From Antedon mediterranea (Eukaryota; Animalia; Echinodermata): 64,000 nt of DNA. The translations under genes and the position numbers were made by a program. The stretch is taken from assembly GCF_964355755.1 (NCBI RefSeq), contig NC_092679.1:20939432-21003431 (forward strand). Reading direction: 5' to 3'. Below the pieces are notes generated by a model. It was not told the origin of the DNA. It worked only from the letters and a program-made list of their open reading frames with translations, and did no database searches. Positions 26,990 through 40,459 of the stretch are shown one piece after another (the stretch's first letter is position 1; the number at the start of each line of letters is the position of its first letter).

Positions 26990-29527
26990 TTAACACACAT
27001 CTAGATTTGTACTAATTTAAAGAGATAGTTTAATAATATAAACCTCTAGTAAGGCAATCTATAAAAAGTATTAATATTGAAATAATCTCATAAATTAATA
27101 ATTACCTTGTTTTGTATATGTTCTACATAAAATCCTTGATGTCAGTATGGCCTTGATAACTTATTAAAAATTGAACTACTTTAAAAAATTATATTCATTT
27201 CCTAGTATAACTCTATTGTTTAAAGAATAATTTCAAAACTTGGGGCATTCAAAAAGCAGGTTATTAGCAAAATATATTACTTTTGATAGATTTTTAAATT
27301 ATTTTTTTTCCTTGTTATGTATTTTTATTAGTTGAATTAGAAAAAGTAGAACGAACCAATTGCGTTTTAGATCAATGTAAATTAAGATAATATCATGTAT
27401 TTAAGAACTAATGTAATATTAAGGTCAACAATTAATTTGTCTTTTTAAAAGTGACAAATTAGTTTTTTTTTAATATTTGTTTTCTATGGAAGTGACTAAT
27501 ATTGAAACTACAAAACAGTCTTTTTTAAAATAATCTTCATTTTTCGAAGGGCAATTTCACCAAAGTTTATAGTAGATTTATTTTTATAGAAATAAAAGCC
27601 TGTATTAAACTTAAATTAAATTAAACCTTTAAATGAATGTTATTGTAACAGAAGTCAGTAAAAAATTGACAGTTTTTTCCATGCCATATTTGGTCATAAA
27701 ATCTGAAGGTTTTTATGAGAAATCAATGTGTGTAGGTTGAAATCTTACATTTGTGCTTTTGACATTCTTTATTACACTTGCTAACCTTGTAAAACTAGGG
27801 TGATTTTAAGAATACATTTTTAACGATTATTATATTTCTGATTTCAGCAAAAATTGCAAACACAACAATCATAAACAAAAGTGATACTTTTATTTTCTTT
27901 TTTATATTGTTAAATCATACTAACACTGATTTTGAATAAATTTTGTAATATTGAAAATATACTTTTTGTAGAAACGAAATTAAAGTCAATACTGTATCTA
28001 GTAATACCAGAACATTTGAACAATAAAAAAAATACATTTCTGTTTTAACTGTGTTAAATCAGAACAATTGAAATCAATTGTTGGAATCGTCTGGACCTTG
28101 AGGGCCTAATACCAAGACACATAAAATGTGACATCTAAAATAAATTGGTAATAATTTCAATACAACATCATATGTAATTACACACTTCATTTTCTCCCAC
28201 TGGCAAAGAAAAATGAAATTGAAATGATTACGCAGAATTCAGTTTGACAATCTTAATATCATCTAGTCCTATTTTAAAATGAAAAAAGTGAGATGAATAA
28301 TAAAAGAAATTGGTTTTAGGCTGTGACATACCAAGAAATATATTCACCACTTTTCTTTTGTCTATACATGCTTTTATATTCATATTAATTCTATCTAAGT
28401 TTGTAGCCTGTTTTATGTTATAGCAAATGTATTCCACTGGGTCGAAAATTCGCTCGTAACCTACCAACCGTAAGGAGACTCGTGGGATATGCACACTTTT
28501 TGTGTGAAAAAACGACGAAAGTAGGCTGCGATGAAGACCCTTTAATATGTGTTTCAAAATAGCGCCTATTACGATGGTGTTCGATACTAAAAGCAGTTTG
28601 AGAAACATTGTAAACATGTAAAGAAAGGTGAATCGTTAAAACTATGTCTTTGACCTAAATTGGAAGGACGAAGCGCGACATTATTTCAGAAAACCGAGAC
28701 AAAAGACGTATATTTTAGAGGAAATATGTAATGTTTATTTACGGTAATAGTATTTACGACACTTGTAATATAAAGTGTATTAAAAAAAAACCTAATTCTG
28801 AATCAAAATAGGATATTGTATTATATTGTAATAGAATACCATGTCATCATAGTAAAAACTGAATATTTAATCTTGAAATAAATATGTTCTGCTATTAAAT
28901 AGATTTACAAAATCTACCTATAAAAACTCTGTACAGTATCTGTTTGTATATTATATTGTATATTTTTGTATTACAGGCCAGTCAGCACATGTGATACTTA
29001 TGTGCCACTGTATTTAAGAATTTACCATGATACAGATGTAATGCCATAATAATGTAGAAATCATTGATCATAACCATGAGGCAGTCAATCAATACATAGA
29101 TCAACCAATAATCAATTATAAGTAAAGCTAGAAATTAGTTGTCTTGATTTACAAACATTTAAACTCATTGAAATTTGCAGTTAAAAAAAAACAAACTGTA
29201 AAATACACACATTAATAAAAGATTGGTAAATGATAAAACTAAAATATCAATCAATAATCAATCAATTGCTTTTAATCAAATATAATTTTATGAGACATTT
29301 AGGTCATCCAACTTTGTAAATTGTATATGTAGTTTGCCCTAAATTAAATTTTGTTAATCCGTTCTTCGCATTTTTGCAGGCAGTTATGTAAAATCTACAC
29401 TGAGCAGTGCTAAGATTTAGTTCATAAACTTGGGTGTTATTAGTGGTTCCAAGTGGCATCTGGATTAGTCTTGTTGTCTTTGCTGGTAAATTAAACTATT
29501 ATTGCCTTTCCTGTGATCTCTACCATT

Positions 29528-29720
29528 CTCTAGTCTAGTCTTTTTCATGTCCATCGCTTCCAATGCAAAGTTCTTCCATTTCTTCTATCTTTTACTGTCT
29601 TGCTGTCTCTGCCTAAATAACCTGTACCTGTGTTAAATGTGGGCTTACTCGCTACTTTGCCACTTAAATACCCCCTATTCATTTGACGTTCTATCTAGAG
29701 GTTACTGTAGCCTCTCCTTC
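29528..29720 (-). mobile_element. Possible RTE-like LINE 3' remnant
   Basis: Minus strand reads like a frameshifted RT C-terminus (KDRR..WKNFALEAM) followed by a (GACTA)n tail. Confidence 0.3.
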
Positions 29721-30739
29721 CATTGTTATATGTAATTAAAATCAAGTTATATTTAAATTAAAAGTAAAGTATCTCTGTTTTAATTTGTTTTTTACATTAC
29801 TTTTTTTTCATTGAGAGACTTTTATTGCAGGGCCTTAGCCACCAGTATGGTTGATAAGGTTTCAATTGACCACTTTGTCACAGGGGCCTTTGACAACTCA
29901 GTGGCTTGAACAGAGATTGCTCCCTTTTCTTGCGAAAACCGAACCACTTTATTTCTTGTGGCTACATCATTATATTGTTTCGTTGTGATTGTTATTTTTT
30001 TTAAAGAAATAGTGATTTGATTTGATTTAAACTGTCCATTCTTTTCTTTATGCGTCAATTGGTCTTTCCCTCTTTCTTTTCACCTCTTTCTGTTTCCTTC
30101 AACATTCCCTTCATTCAAAGAAGTTAGTTTGCTCTTAATAATATGATGATAAAATAATTTGCCATTTTTCTTGATTTCTGTACTTTTCCCATTGATTTGC
30201 CGCCTTTTCCATTTACCATTCTCTATATAGTACACAGACATTATGATAAAAAGTATACCCTGTTTAATTTCACTCAATGGTTGTTATTTAGCAGTCATGT
30301 ATATTTAATATAATCATTATTAGTATCATATTCTTATTTTTGTTTTATACTTTATTTTTCTGATTTGCAAGCTGGAAATAGAGTTAGTTGAGATAGTAAC
30401 AACCGAGCATAAGGCCTACTCAGCATGCAGCCTCCTTAATTCACTCATAATAAAAGCATGTTTAATTGCTGTTGACCAACATAGAGCATTAAGCTAGCCT
30501 ATATTACAATCATGTAACCGTTTTTCAGCGAGGCAAACATACATAACGTAATGAAGGAAATTGTTAATGACCAGCATGGGTTAACAAACCTCCGACCTTA
30601 TTGTTAAGAGCGCGTGCAGCTAGACTGCATTAGTAATTAAATGGGAATTTATTATTCTGCCTTGTTTACCAAACTAAATTTTTATCATTGGAAACAAATT
30701 AACATAGTAAATATGGGATCGTGTTGGTGTATTTATTAT

Positions 30740-31165
30740 TGAATACTGAATACTGAAATGCTTTATGACAATTATTAGTACAAAAATAAATAGATATACA
30801 ATATAATATATTATGTACACACACATAATTGCACAAAAAATATGTTATGAAACACGGTGTAAAAATGACTAGGTATTAAAATTGAATAGGATTCAGGAGA
30901 TTAAAATAGTTTAAAACAGCTTTAAAAGGATTAAAAACAGCTTTAAAAGGATTCACACCATTAGAATGACGTTTAAAAATATTAAAAATATAAAAACATT
31001 TATAAATTGAAAAAATTTAAGGTTTAAAAGTTTCATTGTTTACATAGTCTTGTATTACATAACATTTTATCGATGGTGACGTGAATTAATTATATGAATA
31101 GCATTTGCAACAAAGGCATATCTCGATCTGTTATTTGATGACGGTTTAGAATGCCATCCTAATTC
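30740..31165 (-). mobile_element. Possible CR1/L2-type LINE 3' remnant
   Basis: (TGAATAC)n tail. Minus-strand NRSRYAFVANAIHIIN resembles the C-terminal motif of these ORF2 proteins. Confidence 0.35.
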
Positions 31166-31559
31166 ACGGTTATGTTCTTATATTATCAATATCATTTTAA
31201 GCGTCATATTGTTATCAAATTGTTATCATTTGTTATCAATATTTGTTTTCATCGTCATACATTCATTGTAAAAATATCAGTCACACCATAAAGGACATAA
31301 AGCTGATAACCGGTTGATATTAAGAATTTTAAAACATAATCTGTTTTATAGAAACAACACATGCATAATATAGTAGTAATAAGGTGGCATTTTCTTGTCC
31401 TTTTTTGTCCAGGGTCAAGATGATACAAGTACTAAACACATTAAATCTTGATTGTTTCATATTTTACTTATTTTTTACTTCTTTTGATTTCCATTTTTTC
31501 CTCTACTTGACTTGCTGAAAATTATAAATAAGTGATTGAACTTGAACTTATCCTTTATG

Positions 31560-31713
31560 CATTGGTGTAAAGCAGAGATCCGAGGCCCCTCGTTTAGGGA
31601 TGCTTTTGGCCTGTTCTTGTCTGTTTTATCCCTCTCGGCTCTGCTCAGAAGCCCCCATAAGCTCCAGGGACCCTGGGTTTAGCCAGTGAGCAATCATAGC
31701 CGTTACGCCATTG
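31560..31713. mobile_element. hAT-like MITE (154 bp)
   Basis: Perfect 8-bp TSD CCTTTATG at 31552-31559 and 31714-31721; TIRs CATTGGTGTAA / TTACGCCATTG. Confidence 0.8.
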
Positions 31714-31739
31714 CCTTTATGAAATTATTAAATTGTTTG

Positions 31740-31797
31740 TCCATTGTGTAATTGGCGAGTTTCTCACTGTTGGATGTGTATGAAATAAAAAAAAAAA
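31740..31797 (+). mobile_element. 5'-truncated SINE/LINE tail
   Basis: TGTAATTGGCGAGTTTCTCACTGTTGGATGTGTATGAAATAAAAA matches the tail of the 15905 SINE. Confidence 0.7.
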
Positions 31798-34053
31798 TTT
31801 AGAATCTCTGAGAATAAAACTTCATTCTGAAGAAAGGATGGGGAAAAATCACTACCTAAGCCTCATCAAGCATGGCTTGTTTACCATCTTGTAATTGACT
31901 AGTCAATAAAATGATGTAGTGGCTATATTTTGTAAATAGGTTTGACATAGGCCTACTTTATATAATCCCACCCACCCTAACCAACCCACGCAAACTAAAC
32001 AGTAGCTTAGTGTCAATTATAATTAACCTACATATTATTTTACCTCTCTTTAATGGTTATGTTGAAATACAAATTTATCCATATTTAACTTTTAAATGTT
32101 ATAATGATGTTTTTTATCATTTAACACATTGACATTTTAACATAGGGGTATAAAAATTCACCCCAAATTTTAAGAAAAGGATCCATCTATGTGGGTATAG
32201 GCTGACCCACATATTTATTAAATTATTGAAAAAAAATTATAAGCCTGTTGAGCTTATTCTTTGATCAGAGTATAATACGATTAAGTAGTGACATGCATAA
32301 TTTAAACAGTCATTTCAGTATGTATTACTAATTTATAAATACTGCTACTTATTCATTGAAAAAAAAACTTAATTTACTAACATTCTAGTTAATCAATTAA
32401 CCATTTTAACTGTTTATATTTAGTGAAAATAAAATTACTTTTATTAATAACAAATTTTTTACTAAGGTCAGAAATTAATAACCCCACTTTTTTTTATTCA
32501 GAGTTAAAATTAGTTTACTTTATTATTAAAAAAAGTACTGTAAAATGACCAGATTACATTAAGCCAATGTTATAGCATACTTTAACCGGGTACTATATGT
32601 CAGCGGCCGTTTGTCGGTCTAATAGTCTGCAGTTAATGCCCAATAAAGCTTTACATAATCTGTAAAAAATATTATATTAAAAAAAAAACCATATAATGTG
32701 GTTAAAAGTTAAATTGTAACATACTGTTATATTCTATAAATATATACGATCGTTTCAAAGAGATTATGTTTCGGTCTTTTGACGTCCGCACGCTTGGATA
32801 GTTGCCGCGGTTAAACCCTTTATACAATGTTTTCTAGGTAATTACCAGGATGACCGAATATAATGTAATTTGATTTGTCTATTAACAGTATTTGTAAGTA
32901 ATTCTATGCCTCCCTCCGGGATAATTAAAAATCCTCTAATTTAGGACCTCTCCTATAATAAAGAGATCATTTTATGTGACCTGAATTAAAACAGAACAGT
33001 TTATAAAATTGCATGATATTGACAATCAGAAAAAAGCCTGTGGATTTCCGGCTGGTACAATTATATAATGTTTTCATTATAAAGACTTTATGAGCCATTA
33101 AAAAGAGGGTATAACCAAGCCCTCTGATCACTCCCTCCCCATTCTGAATATGCCAGTGCTGATTATGACAAGATTTGATCATCTAGCTGACCGAGAACTA
33201 GATATCAACTATTTGTTCTTCAATTGTCCTGGCGTTGATTGGCCAATAATTAGTGGTTCTGTCAGTTGTATGACAACACAGATTTATCAAACCATAAAGA
33301 AAATGATTATAGTCATTGTACTTTTGCTTACCTACCCCTGTCACTCTGTGACCTTTTTACGAATAATTAATGTATGTCTCTTGCCCATACGTCTTCACAT
33401 ACGTACTGATACACAAATATTACTTGCTGTGTATCGTAACCTTTGAATAATTAAGGAATATACCTCTATTTTTTAAATATAAATCCAAAGACAAATTGAA
33501 GAAATGCTGTGGGTATCAGTCGCTGGATCTCAATGGAGATACAAAAAAAATAAACTAAATAAAAATAAAAGAAATTTCAGAGCTTTCGAGAAACACTAAC
33601 ATTACTTCAGTGCCAGTTTTTTATATATTTACTTTAACAAATTCATTACTTGTGATAACAATTATGCATCTCATGAAATAAACAAAGCACTGCTTAAAAT
33701 TATTTTACTTCAGAAATAGATTGAGGAATGAGAGATTTACCTTCTCTTCTCTATGTTGACATTTATACTTTTCAATATTTGCCTTCCCCCACGTGTTCCA
33801 ACACCTCTGTATGCTATAAGTCAAAACATTTGAACATTCATACAGACAGCTGACTGAAAGTAACCCACATAGCAATATATCATGTCTTTTGGGAAATTAA
33901 TTTTGCTTTTATTTAATTATAGAACATTTATTTAATCACAATATTGCAATAACTTAAATTGAAATGTATATATATATAGATCTAGGTACTATGATAACTA
34001 GGTTCAAACTTTTTACACTTTCTATTGTGAAAAGTATAATGTCAAAAGATTAA

Positions 34054-34395
34054 AGATGTATTGTCCCCTGAAAAATAAATTAAAAATAATTTTTTAGTTG
34101 AATAAACCATTTTAATGTCACATGATTCACTTTGGCCAAATGTACTGTAGGATCGGAAACATTTGTTTTAAAGAAAAGATAATGAGATTCAGTTTAAAAC
34201 TAAGTATTTATTTGTCAATTTATAAGCGAAATCACTTATTATATAATAAAAGAAAAAAAGACAATGGGATTCAGATTAAAACCAACCATTTATTTGTCAA
34301 TTTCTAAGCATTACTATGTTGGTAGGTAGAAATAACTTAAATTTAAAACTACAAAAAGTTTGATTTTATCCATATTTATTTTTTTTTGTGAGACA
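34054..34395. mobile_element. Family B Kolobok-like MITE, degenerate
   Basis: Starts TTAA|AGATGTATTGTCCCCT and follows the 18869 copy; right end eroded. Confidence 0.6.
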
Positions 34396-36177
34396 AGGAA
34401 TGGAAAAGAAATTTATTTAATTCAAGATATTGATAACAGACATTCTATTAAAAATGATATAATAAATAACACAAATTGTTAAAGGACTGGAATGTCCTGT
34501 AAAATTTATAATTAAAAATAAGTTGATTTTGTTTCTATTTTCTGAATCTTAAGATAGACTTGTATGTAGGTGATGGTGGACATTGATGTTGTAATAAACC
34601 CTTTAAGTTGCGCATAAACACAACATGTGTTCGGTTGTCAGTGTAAGCACTTCACGCTACAGAGTGATTAGTAAATGTGTCACTGTAGCGACCTACTTTA
34701 TTTTTTATCTTCAGCGTTCTCCTATAACTGTTCAGTTACGAGCCGTGTGTATTTTAAGTGTGACCGATTTCGGTCTATTCGTGATGCTGCAATTTGTAAG
34801 AATGGTTCTTTAATTTTTAAACACTTAACGTCAAGCATCAAAAGGGTCAGTAACTCTTTAGGCAACCTAGATCTTTATTTGATGAATGGGCAACAAAATG
34901 GGAAGAGCCTGGCCAGGCTAGACTAGATTGGATCAGAAAGAAGATGTATTAATGAGTGCTAATGACATCCTGACAACGAAAAGGAGGCATAGAAAATCCG
35001 ATAGATTTACTTGTGTTTCTACGTTCTAGTTCAGTGTAAACACGAACTTTAACAATAACCTACTCGTGAATTATGTGACCTTGTTTGAAATAAGAAAATG
35101 GAACAGTCTAGGGTAGAAAACTAAGTCTGTGCTGAAAGTGTAACAAATGTTTTTAAATGATTTACAACCCCTGGTTTCGGTATCACCTGTTTTATGTAAA
35201 GTCATGCAAATTTTCTAAGTAAGAGAAAATAAGAGGTATGTATCTCGTATACAAAAAAACAAATTAAATGTTGGTTTACAAATAATAATTTGTAAATAAT
35301 ATGTAAATATTCAAAATAGATTTGTTGGATATATAAAGAATTATAAATATTAATATGCTCATCAATGAAAGTTATAAAACAAAATATTTGTGACTTTGCT
35401 CTCTGTGTAAAGTATCATCATAATTTTTTATCTGCGGAGAATGAGGGATTTATTATTAAAATCTAAAAAAAGGAATTAAATAATTAAAACTATCCACAAT
35501 CAATCCATTGAATGCAAAACAAACAGACATATTAAGGAAGTCATTCAAATAATCTTTTGAAAATATATGAGCTAGAAAAATTGAAATAAATATTCAATAA
35601 TCATAATAGAATTATCAAAATGATATTGATGAGAATGATAAATGAACTGCCAAGCAACTTGAGCGTAATCAGACATCAGAAGTAATGATTTATCATGTTT
35701 TACAATCCTAATGATTAATTGACGTTAGCTTAGGGTGAGGGCTATGTCTTTCAACGTACATTTGGCCATCATCTCTCAGGGGGTTGATGGGGCTTATGCA
35801 GCTACAGAAATGGACACACTTCATGCCCAGTTTGATCCATTTTAAATTCTAGTTTATCATCTCCATGGCAACAACCAGGGTAGTAAGAATTCTTATACTG
35901 TAGTTTGTAGTTAACATTAAAATGCAAAGATTTTTTAACATTTCCAGTTTATTGTTCTGTTTATTATAAACACCATTAAATAAATAATTAATAAATATTA
36001 AACCAGGGTAGTTCATATAATAATTAAAAAAAAAAAATTTGAAAAAAAAGTTTGATTTATAAAAATACAATAAATAAATATAAAATATCATTAAAATAAT
36101 GATTAGAATTATTAAAATTACAGTATTCAATTCGAGAGCACCTTTTCTTCCACTCAAATAACTAGTCTTCTTTAATA

Positions 36178-36298
36178 AGGTCTGTGTGTACACTGACATG
36201 ACTACGTCATATCACTACCATATTTGGGCATATTACTACTGTATTTGGGTACATCACACCTTTTTTGTCAAACTATTTTGACAGTGTAGACATGAGCT
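36178..36298. mobile_element. Family A MITE, internally deleted
   Basis: 21-bp units and right end ACAGTGTAGACATGAGCT. Confidence 0.7.
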
Positions 36299-36799
36299 TT
36301 AGGTAGTCATTGAATTTCTCTTGACATCAATGATCTATATACCCACCATCAAATTGTTCACAACGTGTTTACAATATTTAATAATATAATAATGACTACA
36401 AATGTTGAAATAGTGCACGTAGGCACACCAATGTCCTCATAGTGATCATATGTTTTCATTTATCTGTTTTTGTATATCTCAGAACAAACATAATTTTATA
36501 TACAAAAATGATAGTAATTTAAGTAATTTTCCGCTAATGAATGAATGGATGAATCAAAGGTGAAATACTAACACTTTTTCCCGATTAATGTTTCTCCTCC
36601 ATGGGTCACGTCATGTCCTTGGCAGCCATTCATACTAAGTTGGAAATTGAGGTACGCATGCAGGTCATTAATTGAGTAAGTACCTGACCTGTGGTGGTGT
36701 AGTGCTTTACATTATTTTGATTTATTACCAATTCTATGTATGGATAAAACAGAAATAAAATGATTTGTAAACAAACCTATTGTATGTGTCGTATTCTTA

Positions 36800-36946
36800 A
36801 GCTCTGTCTACACTATCAAACTTAATGTGACAAAAATAATGTTATGTGCCCATAAAGGACATGATGATGTCATATAACTACCATATTTGGGTATATCACT
36901 ACCATATTTGGGCACATCAAACTAATTTTATAGTGTAGACAGAGCT
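36800..36946. mobile_element. Family A Harbinger-like MITE, complete
   Basis: TTA|AGCTCTGTCTACACTAT ... ATAGTGTAGACAGAGCT|TTA, a perfect 17-bp TIR. Confidence 0.88.
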
Positions 36947-37211
36947 TTAAGTATTAAAGCGTTTGATTTAACTGAAGATAATGATACAATGAAATAATAT
37001 TGCTATTATCAGGATATATTTGGATATATGGGCTTACTTAAGATGTGGGCTCCTTTGTCTTTTGTTACCAAGATCGAAACACAAACTAATAAACATTCAA
37101 GTACTTACTGAGCTTTTTATATATCCTGTTTACAATTGTTTTCTTTTAATGGTTAATTAATTTGGTTGTATCAGGTATTTTACATTTCAAAGTTATTATT
37201 GTTATTTTTTA

Positions 37212-37510
37212 GAAATGTATTGTCCCCCAAAAACATGAAATATAAAGATTACTAAAGTCAGCCATTTTGCAGTCTTAATAAAGTTACTCACTTCTGTAGA
37301 AAAACAAACCAAACAAAAATAATTATTTCACTTATAAAAAGAGAAAAGAAACAGTTAATTTTAACCAAAAACATATTTTTTTCTTCAAATTTGATTTTTT
37401 TCAGGTAAATAATTTTTTTTTTCGATCCAGTTTTTAGTAAAATTCAATAACTGTTATGTAACATTAAAATGGCATATTCAACAAAAAAATTATTTAGGGA
37501 TACAATCCTT
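37212..37510. mobile_element. Family B Kolobok-like MITE, opposite orientation to 18869
   Basis: ATGTATTGTCCCCCAAAAACATGAAA ... GGGATACAATCCTTAA. Confidence 0.65.
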
Positions 37511-37656
37511 AAAATTATTATAGTATTATATAATAATAATAATAATAATAATAATATACTATTTGTTTCTGTTGCTTGTTAATTAGTTTTCCACAAATAA
37601 TACATATAATTTCTTAATAAATCATTAAATATTTATAATGTGGATGGTGGTCACAA

Positions 37657-37700
37657 CATAGAGCAATAAAATGAGTAAAATCTAATGTTATAGCTCCATG
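37657..37700. mobile_element. 44-bp P-like mini-element or excision footprint
   Basis: GTCACAA|CATAGAGC...GCTCCATG|GTCACAA: perfect 7-bp direct flanks and CAT..ATG termini. Confidence 0.6.
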
Positions 37701-38254
37701 GTCACAATAAGTCTAGAAGTAGACTTTAAGTAGATTCCACCATATACAGGTACACAATAGAATAAGATTATTATAATTAAATAAAAATAAAGGTAGAATA
37801 CTGCATACACATAACAATGATCCCGGATTCAGTAGACAATAACATTCATTTACCATAGTTCAAGAGAAACATAGTTCAATAACTGTAGTACTAAGAAACA
37901 AAAACTATGTTATAGTGCAATGATTGAAGAACATATAAAATAGAGGAAACCTAGGTTTATATTAGGTGTTTATGTTTGTTTGTGAACCGAAAGTCTTTCG
38001 TTTTTAATTGGGTTTTGTTCTTCGCTTTTCTGTTTATAATAATAATAAATAAATCACCGGTATTTCTACATAATACCTTTCACAACCTCGCTACTAAACT
38101 AGGAATGACATTTTATTTGGTTCAGAACGGTGGGAAAATCATGTGCTTTTTAAGGGTATGTTATGCAACATGGATTTCATTTAATCATTAAAATGGGAAA
38201 ATTTGTGAGAAAATCAATATGCACAAATTTAAACACACTTTAACATTTCTCATT

Positions 38255-38362
38255 CCATATATGGACATAATGATGTCATATCACTACCATATTTGGTCAT
38301 ATCACTACCGTATTTGGGTACATCACACTTTTTTTGTCAACTTTTTTTACAGTGTAGACATG
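38255..38362. mobile_element. Family A MITE fragment
   Basis: Core, two 21-bp units and CAGTGTAGACA. Confidence 0.7.
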
Positions 38363-39876
38363 TATATTTGAAGGAACTATTTTTGTACAGTATGAGAAAA
38401 TAGTTAATAGTTTTTGTGATCAATATTATATTTCCTCAATCTTCTCTAGGCCTAGTCTCTTCTTAGTAGGCCTACAAATTTACCAGGGCCAGTTTTATTT
38501 AATTTGGCCGCCAAGGGACGAAACAACAAACAAAACATTTATTCACATTGTAGATATTGAATGCATACAAGTATCAATGTCAATGTCTACTATTTTATTC
38601 AAATAATATATAATTTACATTAGTTGTGAAGGCTACAGAACGTCAAAGATCACACGCTAGCATACGGTTCAAAACAATCTGGTGAAACATGGCTTATTTT
38701 TTATTGTCAACGAACCTAAGAAAATAAACCCATTTCATAAAGGTAAAACTATAAAAGCTTAGTATTTTATTTTTATACTTATCATAATCCTGATCTATTG
38801 AATAGATAATAAAAGATAAATATAGGTAGACATCTTATTCGTAATTGCATTAAAAGTTTTGGTTGTAAAGGGAACAATAGAAACAATAAAAGAGAGTCTG
38901 GGCAAAGCTATCTATACCTGTAAAATATAAAGGCCATTCATTGTACTGGTCTAGTCTGGCTTATGATTAATGCAAGTTAAAACAACAATATTTATACCTA
39001 CATCCAGGGTTGGTAATAAACTTGTTTACATTGGCAGCAATATTAATAATATAAACGAAACTCTCTTAGGGGACAAGAATGGGTTTTACGTTTTTGTGTC
39101 AGTTTTGAATGACATCTATTTAATAAAAAATGCAAAGAATGCCAATGCCAGAAAGATTTTCTGTATTGAATAGACAATTTTAAAATATCTTTTTTACTGT
39201 ATTTAAATTTGGTTTCATTTTAAACCAATTTATTAACAAATATTTGCAGAAACAGATCTGGGAAAGAACTTGTTGCCTTCTTACTCCCTTAAAAAAATGT
39301 AAAAGGTAAGGAAGACCACAAAAGTAAAACTCACCTTCCACGAACCCCCTCCCCACCATCCAATCTTTTCTGTAAATCTGACTCCAGTTGTATTTAATTA
39401 AAGCATAGTTCTAATTCTAGGGTGTAAACACTGCTAAGTAATTGTCATTTATCATTTAAAGCACAATTATTATCATCCCAGTCCACTTGACGCTTTTCAT
39501 TTTCCGGTTTGGAGTCTTTTAAGTTGCCCTCGGACAATAGAGTCTCGTAAAAATTCATCATTTAACTGTAGGCAAATCTATAAATTTAATTTTATTGTGG
39601 TCAAAATTCAGTCAAGGCTAGAAAGTTACTAGCCATCATTTTAGTATAATTGAAGATACAAGTTATTTTTTTCTGTTGAACTTTCGCTTAACATGTAACT
39701 ACAATAAAACATTTGGTGCAATTCCTAAACACGTATTGTACCCTGAATTTTCATGAATTAATACCACCAAACTTACGAGTTAAGATGACTATAGCGAGGC
39801 ATTTAATAAAAAGGCAAACTGCCTTAAAATGTAAATGTGACATGTTTCGAGAAACTATTCTCATCATCAGAACAGT

Positions 39877-40196
39877 GAGTGAGTGGCCGAGCGGTTAAGA
39901 CAGTGGAACCGTAATCACGTAGCCATAACATCGGCAGGGGTTCGAGGCTCACTCACTCCATGGTTCTGGTGGTAGAACGAGTCTTCTTGGATAAGGACTA
40001 TAAACCGTAGGTCCAGTGTACACAACTTGCTCGTGTGCACTTTAAAGAACCTAGTACATCTTTCGAGATGAGTAGGGGGTTACCCCGGTGTATTAGTACA
40101 TCACAGCCACTGATCACCAACTGGGCCCTCTGGGAGATCAGTCTTTGACTGAAGAGGTCACCCAGTATAAAGATAAAACAAACAAACAAACAAACA
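39877..40196 (+). mobile_element. Full-length tRNA-derived SINE with Deu/Nin-domain-like core and (AAAC)n tail
   Basis: A box TGGCCGAGCGG, B box GGTTCGAGGC, acceptor stem GAGTGAG/CTCACTC. Core GGATAAGGACTATAAACCGTAGGTCC...TTAAAGAACC...GAGTAGGGGGTTACCCCGGTGT resembles the Deu domain as I recall it. Probable TSD AACAGT. Confidence 0.85.
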
Positions 40197-40404
40197 AACA
40201 GTAAATTTTGCTGTTAAAGTTTTAGAGAGCAGATAAATATCTTTAAAAATATGAGTTTGTTCAAAAGAATCCTTATCCAAGAAGAATTGTTTTACCACCA
40301 GAACAAATGGTGTGCTTCGAACATGTGCTAATTGTATAGCTATGGTCTGCAGCACTCCTCCACTCAATCACTTGGATTGAGTGCGTTCAGCATAGTCCCA
40401 ACAT

Positions 40405-40459
40405 CACACTTCAATAACAACAAAGAAACGAAATCATTTTTTAAATAATTAATTTTATT
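40405..40459 (-). terminator. Candidate polyadenylation signal plus downstream GU-rich element
   Basis: Plus-strand TTTATT at 40454-40459; plus-strand AATAACAACAAAGAAACGAAA just below it. Confidence 0.45.

Noticed and set aside
2706-39898. Remaining 60-130 aa ORFs in the left two-thirds of the window
   Set aside because: Many use non-ATG starts, have AT-biased composition, and show no domains or coherent splice structure.
39877-39960. Possible tRNA gene
   Set aside because: Anticodon and T arms are imperfect and the sequence runs into a SINE body with tail; the same applies to 15905 and 62400.
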